Origin: Candidatus Eiseniibacteriota bacterium
GTDB taxonomy: Bacteria; Eisenbacteria; RBG-16-71-46
Reading direction: 5' to 3'
DNA length: 26,177 nucleotides
Assembly: GCA_963776245.1 (NCBI GenBank)
Contig: CAVZLN010000002.1
Coordinates: forward strand, 1 to 26,177
Both the position numbers and the translations under genes were made by a program. The notes beneath the pieces were generated by a model. It was not told where the DNA came from, ran no database searches, and saw only the letters and a program-made list of their open reading frames with translations. Shown piece after piece: positions 8,796-15,712 of the stretch (the first letter of the stretch is position 1; the number at the start of each line of letters is the position of its first letter).

Positions 8796-8822
8796 TTTCG
8801 TCAGGACCAGCAGAATGAATCA

Positions 8823-8858
8823 GCGGCGGCCACCTCTGCGGAGGTGGCCGCCGTTTCG
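8823..8858 (+). terminator. Probable intrinsic terminator
   Basis: 14-bp stem GCGGCGGCCACCTC / GAGGTGGCCGCCGT, loop TGCG, short T run. Confidence 0.7.
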
Positions 8859-8908
8859 ATGGGTGGCCCCGGTGGGCCGGCCTTCGGCCGCGTTCGTCGG
8901 CCCGGTGT

Positions 8909-8938
8909 TTGAGAGCCGCCGCAGCCGTGGGCTAGAAT
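8909..8938 (+). promoter_or_regulatory. Sigma70-type promoter, predicting a leaderless mRNA starting at GTG 8946
   Basis: TTGAGA (8909-8914), 18 nt spacer, TAGAAT (8933-8938). Confidence 0.5.
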
Positions 8939-8945
8939 GCCTCCC

Positions 8946-9716
8946 GTGAAACGTATCCGACCCCATCCGGCGCTGGCAGTGCTGCTCACGGGGGTGCTCC
9001 TGTGCGGCGCCGTCGGCCCTGCTCCACGCGCCGACGAGGGGCTCTTCCTCTCCTGGGGTGACTGTGCGCCGGGGACCTCCACCCACGATCTCTCGAACGC
9101 CTGCGACACGAACGTGGGGGAGCAGGAACTCTTCTGCGCCTTCCGCATGCCCTTCGCCGTGGACAGCGTGCTGGGGCTCGAGCTGGTGGTGGACGTGCAG
9201 CACTCGGCGGCCAGCCTGCCCGACTGGTGGAGGTTCTCCTCGCCCGGGGGTTGTCGTGCCGGAATCCTGCAGCCGACCTTCGATTTCACCGGGCGGTCGG
9301 CGTGCCAGGACTTCTTCCTCGGGAACGCGACCGGGGCGCTGCAGAGCTACACCGTGGGGCAGCCGCACGGCGGTGCCAACCAGGCCCGTATGCGGGTGGC
9401 GGCGTCAATGCTCTCCAGCTTCGGCTACGCGACGCTCAATGCCACTGACATGTACTACGCCGCGGTCCTGACGATAGCGAACGACTACACGGTGGGCGGC
9501 ACGGTTTGCCGCGGTTGCGCCGGCCCCGCCTGCCTGGTGCTCAACTCCATCCTCGTCCTGCGCCAGCCCGGGGCGGCCGGTGGCGACATCAATCTGACGG
9601 TGCCGGGACCGGCTGGCGCCAACTACGCCACCTGGCAGGGTGGCGCGGGCGCGGACTGCTCCGCCGTGCCCGTGCGGCGCATGACCTGGGGCCAGATCAA
9701 GGGACTCTACCGATGA
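8946..9716 (+). CDS. Secreted Cys-containing paralog of 7986-8795 with C-terminal VPVRRMTWGQIKGLYR
   Basis: Signal peptide; shared motifs GL..(S/N)W..C, LP.WW..CR, N.AR, C.GC..P..LV, WQGG; alternative start ATG 8937. Confidence 0.85.
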   Translation: MKRIRPHPALAVLLTGVLLCGAVGPAPRADEGLFLSWGDCAPGTSTHDLSNACDTNVGEQELFCAFRMPFAVDSVLGLELVVDVQHSAASLPDWWRFSSPGGCRAGILQPTFDFTGRSACQDFFLGNATGALQSYTVGQPHGGANQARMRVAASMLSSFGYATLNATDMYYAAVLTIANDYTVGGTVCRGCAGPACLVLNSILVLRQPGAAGGDINLTVPGPAGANYATWQGGAGADCSAVPVRRMTWGQIKGLYR

Positions 9717-10585
9717 TACGCCTGGCTCGAAGCCTGGCCGCCGCGGTGACGCTCGCCGCCCTGGCAGTCCTGCTCGGCGGTGCGGTCCCCGCCGCCCTGG
9801 CCCCTCCCGCGAAGTCCGCGGCTCCACCCGCGCCCGTCGCCCGGGCCGCGGTCCCGGATACCGCGGCGGCCCGCCGCGCCTGGGCCGACTCCCCGGCGAA
9901 CTTCGAGTGGACCCAGAGTGATTCGTTCGCTCCGCCGCAGTTATTCCTTGCCTGGCACGCACCCTACGGCATGCCCGGGGCCACCGACACCATCTCGTTC
10001 GGGGCCGGCGACTCGAACCGCGTGGACACCCTCTACATGTCCTTCGAGACCGGGCGGGACACCCGCAAGTTCATGGGCATGATGGCGCAACTCACATTCC
10101 ACCCCGCTTTCGGCGACACACTCGGCACCTACTGGCGCTTCGGCTTCGGATCGCCGAACTACCTCAACCTGAGGACCCAGTTCGACCCCGACGGCACGTT
10201 CCCCTGTCCGCAACCCTGGATCCGCAACGGCATGGGCTTCTCGGACTTCAGGTTCGACTCCAGCGGAGCCAGGCTGCAACTCTCCTATGTCAACGTGCAA
10301 CTGCAGAATGTCATCCCGGTGGACGGCCGCGTCCGGTATTGTTTCGCCCGGGTGATGTTCGTGCAGAAGCAGTGGGACCTGCCGGGTGCGCGCCAGCCCG
10401 TCTGTCTCGAGTGGACGCTGTCGCGCTTCTCCGGGGGCCGCAAGGAGGCGGTCGCGCGGAGTGGGCCGGGGCGCTGCATCTCGATGAACTCGCCGGATGG
10501 GAGCGTTTGCGATCCCTACCGCAGCAACCAGAGGCCCGCACCCTGGGCGCCCCATCCCCGCAGCGAGGTGAAGCCGAAGCCGTAG
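9713..10585 (+). CDS. Secreted protein, probably a divergent member of the same family, lacking the TWG tail
   Basis: ATGA overlap at 9713-9716; MIRLARSLAAAVTLAALAVLL signal; Pro/Ala linker; LFLAW, YWRF, PVCLEW resemble LFLSW, WWRF, PACLVL of the neighbour. Confidence 0.75.
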   Translation: MIRLARSLAAAVTLAALAVLLGGAVPAALAPPAKSAAPPAPVARAAVPDTAAARRAWADSPANFEWTQSDSFAPPQLFLAWHAPYGMPGATDTISFGAGDSNRVDTLYMSFETGRDTRKFMGMMAQLTFHPAFGDTLGTYWRFGFGSPNYLNLRTQFDPDGTFPCPQPWIRNGMGFSDFRFDSSGARLQLSYVNVQLQNVIPVDGRVRYCFARVMFVQKQWDLPGARQPVCLEWTLSRFSGGRKEAVARSGPGRCISMNSPDGSVCDPYRSNQRPAPWAPHPRSEVKPKP

Positions 10586-10609
10586 GTTGTGGAGTGCAGA
10601 ATGTTGGTG
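10581..10609 (+). repeat. Direct repeat copy 2 (matches 6164-6192)
   Basis: CGTAGGTTGTGGAGTGCAGAATGTTGGTG. Confidence 0.85.
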
Positions 10610-10667
10610 ACGAGGGCCGTGGCCGAGCCAGCCGCGGCCCTCGCGGCCCGACCCCGGAGAACCACGC

Positions 10668-11654
10668 ATGGCCGACTCCGTCACGAGCTTCGAGGAGCGC
10701 CTGCGGCGCACGCTCGGCGATGGGCTGCGGACGGCCGAGCCGCTGCGGCTCCACACCACCTTCCGCATCGGCGGCCCGGCCGACTTCTTCTATGCCGCCC
10801 GCAGCCCCGAGCGCCTGGTGGCCGCATTGCGGGCCGGCCAAGGGCTGGGCCTGCCGGTCTTTCTGCTCGGCGGCGGCAGCAACCTGCTGGTTTCGGACTC
10901 GGGGGTGCGCGGGCTCGTCGTGCAGAACGCCTGCGAGGAGATCGAGTTCGATGGCGCGGTGGCCCGCGTGGGCTGTGGCGCGGACTTCCTCGGCTTCATC
11001 GAGCGCTGCCGCGACCGCTCGCTCGCGGGGCTCGAGTTCGCGTCGGGCATCCCGGGCACGATCGGTGGCGCGCTCCACGGCAACGCCGGCTGCTACGGCC
11101 GGGACATCGGCTCCCACGTCATTGACTGCACGCATGCCACTCCCGATGGCGCGACGATCGAGACGCGGCCGGCGGCCTGGTACGAGTTCGGCTACCGCGA
11201 CTCGCGCCTCAAGCGCGACCCGCGCGTGCTGCTCTCGTGCCGGTTGCAACTGGCACCCGGCGAACGCGCAGCCATCCAGCGCGAGATGGACGAGCGGCTC
11301 GAGATCCGCCGGGTGAAGCACCCCGAGTGGCGCACCGAGCCCACGGCGGGCTCGTACTTCAAGAACCTGCCACCCGACTGGCAGAGGCCGGGGGCGAAGC
11401 ACTCGCCCGGCACGCGCCGCGTCGCCGCGGGGCAACTGCTCGAGGAGTGCGGCTGCCTTGGCCTGCGGGTGGGCGACGCCGTGGTATTCGCGAAGCACGC
11501 GAACATCATCGTGAACGCGGGCCAGGCGAGCGCGGCGCACGTTCTGGCGCTGGCGGAGGAGATGAAGTCGCGGGTGCGCGAGCGTTTCGGCGTCACGCTC
11601 GAGGAGGAGGTCATGTTCCTCGGGGCGAGGCCGGCGCAGATGGTTGATCCGTAG
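10668..11654 (+). CDS. murB: UDP-N-acetylenolpyruvoylglucosamine reductase
   Basis: HTTFRIGGPAD, LGGGSNLL, GIPGTIGGA..NAG, FGYRDS, AGSYFKN, KHANIIVN, LEEEV. Confidence 0.96.
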   Translation: MADSVTSFEERLRRTLGDGLRTAEPLRLHTTFRIGGPADFFYAARSPERLVAALRAGQGLGLPVFLLGGGSNLLVSDSGVRGLVVQNACEEIEFDGAVARVGCGADFLGFIERCRDRSLAGLEFASGIPGTIGGALHGNAGCYGRDIGSHVIDCTHATPDGATIETRPAAWYEFGYRDSRLKRDPRVLLSCRLQLAPGERAAIQREMDERLEIRRVKHPEWRTEPTAGSYFKNLPPDWQRPGAKHSPGTRRVAAGQLLEECGCLGLRVGDAVVFAKHANIIVNAGQASAAHVLALAEEMKSRVRERFGVTLEEEVMFLGARPAQMVDP

Positions 11655-11701
11655 CCGGGCCCGCCTGTCGGCCGGTTGTCGTCGCGGGGCTCGCCTCTGC
11701 C

Positions 11702-11770
11702 GCACGGCCGGGGCGGCCCAGGGCCGAGCAGAGGCACCGTGCGCTCGGCCCTGGACCGCCCCGGTCGTGC
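11702..11770. repeat. 28-bp inverted repeat between convergent murB and moaA, flanked by TCTGCC direct repeats
   Basis: 11702-11729 vs 11743-11770, 26/28 complementary; TCTGCC at 11696-11701 and 11771-11776. Confidence 0.75.
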
Positions 11771-11802
11771 TCTGCCTTCGCCCTTCTCCGCCCTTGCCGC
11801 GC

Positions 11803-12803
11803 TCAGCCGCCGATCCGGCTCATCCCGCGGGCGGGCTGCTGGAACGCCGGCTGGTTGATGAGGTGTCCCGGTTCCTTGCGCCAGGCCGCCGCCTTCAGCA
11901 GCCCGCCGATCTCCTCGTCGCTCGCGCCGCGGCGCAGGGCCCCGCGCAGGTCGTGCTCCTCGTGCGCGAACAGGCAGGTGCGGACCTGTCCGTCGGCCGT
12001 GAGCCGGATGCGGTCGCAGCGCTCGCAGAAGGGCCGGGTCACCGAGGCGATGATGCCCACCGTGCCGCCGCCGTCGCGATAGCGATGGAGTTCGGCGGGA
12101 GCGCTCGGGTCCGTGCCCGGCACCGGATCGAGCGGGAACTCGCGCTCGAGCGCCGCCAGGATCTCCGCCGCCGGGACCAGCCGCTCGGCGGACCACGAGC
12201 GTTGCGAATCAAGCGGCATCCACTCGACGAAGCGCAACTCGAAACCCTGCTCGCGGGCCCAGCGCGCGAGCGGCACGGCCTCGTCCTCGTTGAACCCGCG
12301 CATCAGCACGGCGTTGACCTTGATGGGGGAGAAGCCCGCGCGCTTCGCGGCCTCGAGGCCCGCGAGGATCTCCGGGAGGCGGTCGCGCCGGGCGATCTGC
12401 CGGAAGCGCGCGCGGTCGAGCGTGTCGAGACTCACGTTGACGCGCGTGAGCCCGGCCTGCCGCAGGACCCCGGCCAGCGCCGCGAGCTTGAGCCCGTTGG
12501 TCGTCAGCGAGAGGTCGAGCGCCGGATCGAGGTCGCGCAGCGCGCGCACCAGCACCTCGCAGGCCCGCGCGCACCGTCGGCTCGCCGCCCGTGAGCCGGA
12601 TGCCCGTCACGCCGAGCCCGAGGGCGATTCGGGCCACGCGGACGATCTCCTCGTAGGTGAGCACTGTCCGCCCGCGGCAGCCAGGCGACGCCCTCGAGGG
12701 GCATGCAGTAGACGCAGCGCAGGTTGCAGCGGTCCGTGACCGAGATGCGAAGATCGCGGAGGACGCGGCCCTGCGTGTCTGTGAGGGTGCCGACGGTGGG
12801 CAT
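11803..12803 (-). CDS. moaA: GTP 3',8-cyclase (radical SAM), frameshifted
   Basis: [58 protein letters not shown]-terminal MSRIGG; RBS AGGAG. Confidence 0.95.
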
Positions 12804-13031
12804 GGGATGGGCTCCTGAGCCGGAAGCATAATCGGCCCGCCCCGGCCGCCTCAAACCGGAGCGGGGCCGGGCCGCAGCGGACCCGGCCATGGTCGGCCGA
12901 GCCCGGCTTCCGCCGCGTCCGGCGCTGCGTGTATCCTGTTTGACCGATCCTCGACATCCGATTCGGTCTGAAGGACTACATTATCCACGGACCGGCGGTG
13001 CGTTCCGTGCCGCCAGGGAGGGATCTGCCGC

Positions 13032-14042
13032 ATGAGACGCATGCTTCTCTTCGCTGCCTGCTGCTCGTCGTCGCCGCGGCGCCCGCCCGCTCCCAGCGCC
13101 AGGTGGAAGACACCACCTTCGTCCCGAAGGTCGTGAAGCCCGCCTTCACCGACCGCCAGCCGATCGTGATGATCGACGAGGCCCACCGGAACCAGTTCAC
13201 GCATGAAGGGGTCCTACCGGGCGTTCGCGAGCCTGCTCGCGCAGGATGGCCTGCGCGTGATCCCCGGGATCCAGGCGTTCTCGCCGCAGGTGCTCGAGAC
13301 CTGCCAGGTCCTGGTCGTGGTCGACGCGCATCGGCTCGCGGGAGCTGAAGGTCCGTGTCCGCGCGCTCGTCCGCCTTCCGGGTCACGGAATGCGATGTGG
13401 TGCGCGACTGGGTGAAGGAGGGTGGCTCGCTGCTGCTCATCGCCGACCACGCTCCCTATGGCTCGGCGATGGACAGCCTCGCCGTCCGCTTCGGCGTGGA
13501 CATGGGCAAGAGCCTCCACCGTGGACACGCGCCGCGTGGACCCCGAGAGCGGGAACATCGGCTGCATCCTGTTCACCCGCGCCCTGGGCCTGCTGGGCGA
13601 CCACGCGATCACCCGCGGGCGGGACAAGACCGAGCGCATCGACAAGGTGGCGACCTTCACCGGGCAGTCGCTGATGGGACCGCCCGGGAGCACGGGCCTG
13701 CTGGTGCTCAGCCCCTCGGCGGCCGACATGCCCTTCAGCCCGGACGCGCGGCGCGAGGCCAGCCCGGAGGCCATCCGGAAGGCCGACACCCTGACGTGGT
13801 GAAGACGCCGGGGACGGTGACGGCCGTCGGCCGCTACCAGGGCGTGGCGTTCGGCTTCGGCAAGGGGCGCGTGGTGGTGCTGGGGGACGCCGCGATGTTC
13901 GGCTCCCAGTTCGTGCTGGGCCAGGACGCCCTGCAGATGGGGAAGCGCGCGCCTGCGGATCGGCCTCAACCGGCCGGACCTCGACGACAACCAGCAGTTC
14001 GCCCTGAACGTCGTGCGCTGGCTGGCGAGGGGTCTGAACTGA
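13032..14042 (+). CDS. Exported DUF4350/IFT52-GIFT/GATase-I-like protein (frameshifted)
   Basis: RBS GGGAGG; hydrophobic N-terminus; VMIDEAH.N, WVKEGGSLLLIADHAP, GKGRVVVLGDAAMF, DNQQFALNVVRWL. Confidence 0.7.
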
Positions 14043-14177
14043 GGCCCGCGGGCCCCGCCGGCGCGCGGGCCGGGCCGGCCCGCGCCCGCGGCAGAAGCGT
14101 CGCCGTTCGGCTATCATGCCGCGGTGTCCCGGTGCGCCGCGGCGGCCCGCCGGCGAGTCCTCGATGGGAGATGAGCG

Positions 14178-14381
14178 ATGCCTCTCTGCGTGTACCTCTG
14201 CTATACGCCCGGCTGCCAGGTGAAGGTGGACCGCTGGATGCCCACCGCCGGCGAAGGCGCCGATGCGAAGATCCCCTGCCCGCGCTGCGGCAACCCGCTG
14301 ACCTGCGCGTGGACCGGCTCGCAGCCCAGGACGCCGAACCTCAAGGACGCGCCGCCGAGATCCTCCACGCGGAAGCGCTGA
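14178..14381 (+). CDS. Small zinc-ribbon protein (FmdB-like architecture)
   Basis: RBS GGGAG; MPLCVYLCYTPGC...CPRCG; possible -10 TATCAT at 14112-14117. Confidence 0.65.
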   Translation: MPLCVYLCYTPGCQVKVDRWMPTAGEGADAKIPCPRCGNPLTCAWTGSQPRTPNLKDAPPRSSTRKR

Positions 14382-14456
14382 GCGCGCGGACGGCCGGCCC
14401 CGGCCGCCGGCTCCGCGCCCGCCCGCCGGCACCCGCCGCGCCGTCGCTGGGCCGCC

Positions 14457-15547
14457 ATGCCGCGAGCCCGGCGCCGCCCCGGACGCCGCGCTGCGCCGCG
14501 CCCTGCTGCGCTGGTACGGACGGCACCGGCGAGTGCTGCCCTGGCGCGGCGCGCGCGATCCCTACCGGGTCTGGCTCTCCGAGGTGATGCTGCAGCAGAC
14601 CCGGGTCGCCACGGCGACGCCGTACTACCGCGCCTTCCTGCGGCGCTTCCCCACGGTCGGCGCGCTGGCCCGCGCCCGCGAGGCGGACGTGCTCGCCGCC
14701 TGGGCGGGGCTCGGCTACTACCGGCGCGCCCGCCAGTCTCCACGCGGCCGCGCGCCTCGTGGTGCGCGAGCACGGGGGCCGGGTGCCGGACGAGCCCGCG
14801 GCTTTCGGCCTGCTGCCCGGCGTCGGCCGCTACCACCGCCGGCAGCGGTGCTCTCCATCGCCTTCGATCGCGCGCTGCCCGTGCTGGACGGGAACGTGGC
14901 GCGCGTGCTGTCGCGGCTGCGCGCACTGCGGGCCGCGGTGCGCGAGCCGCGGGGCGCGAGGGTGCTGTGGGCGCTGGCCGCCGCGCTGGTCCCGGCGCGC
15001 CGGCCCGGCGACTGGAACCAGGCGCTGATGGAGCTGGGCGCGACCGTCTGCACGCCGCGCGCGCCCGCGCTGCGAGCGAGTGCCCGGTGCGTCGCGCTGG
15101 TGCCGTGCGTTCGCGCTCGGGCGCGTGGCGGCGTTCCCGCCGGTGCCCGCGCGCCGGGCGGGGAAGAAGGTGCGGCAGGCGGTCGCGCTGATCGAACGGC
15201 GGGGCCGCGATGCTGGTCGTGCGTCGCGAGGGCCCGCTGCTCGCCGGGCTGTGGGAGCCGCCCGGCGTCGAGCTGGCGCCCGGCCGGTCCCCGCGAACGG
15301 CCCTGCGTCGCGCGGCTCGCCGGGCTCGGTCTGCGCGTGCGGCTCGCTCCGGCGGGGACGACCATCCGTTACGCCATCACCCACCGCGACATCACCGCCG
15401 AGGTGTGGCGCGGAGAGCTGGTTGCTCCGCCGCCGCGCTCGGCGCGCCTGCGCTGGGTGGACCCGGGCCGACCCGGACATCGCACTCACCGCGCTCGCGA
15501 AGAAGGTGGCGGGGCCAGCCCAGGCTGCCAGGCGGATGCGCACCTGA
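14457..15547 (+). CDS. mutY: A/G-specific adenine glycosylase (frameshifted; ends approximate)
   Basis: LPWR..DPYRVWLSEVMLQQT, WAGLGYY.RAR, LPGVGRY, LDGNVARVLSR, NQALMELGATVCTP, LLAGLWE. Confidence 0.92.
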
Positions 15548-15598
15548 CGCTGGACGATGGTCATGGACCGCCAGGAGGAGACGCTGCCTGGTGGCTCC

Positions 15599-15687
15599 GC
15601 TGACCCGCGCTCCGGACGAATCGAGCCGGACGGGATGGTCCGCCCGGCTCGATTCGTCTGCTGACCCGCGCTCCCGACCTGCCGGTG
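15599..15687. repeat. Perfect 15-bp hairpin bracketed by a 15-bp direct repeat, between convergent mutY and the RND gene
   Basis: GCTGACCCGCGCTCC at 15599-15613 and 15660-15674; GACGAATCGAGCCGG (15615-15629) pairs with CCGGCTCGATTCGTC (15644-15658). Confidence 0.8.
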
Positions 15688-15712
15688 CAGACCGGGTCGT
15701 CCGCGGCCGGCC

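Noticed and set aside
10340..10349. TGTTTCGCCC matches the tRNA-Val 3' end (6900-6909), possible attR
   Set aside because: Only 10 bp, inside an intact CDS, and no integrase; plausible by chance
12981..12989. DnaA-box-like TTATCCACG
   Set aside because: Single imperfect box with no cluster, AT-rich unwinding region or dnaA context
12804..13031. Moco riboswitch upstream of moaA
   Set aside because: No recognisable consensus, and a candidate -10 lies only ~22 nt from the start codon
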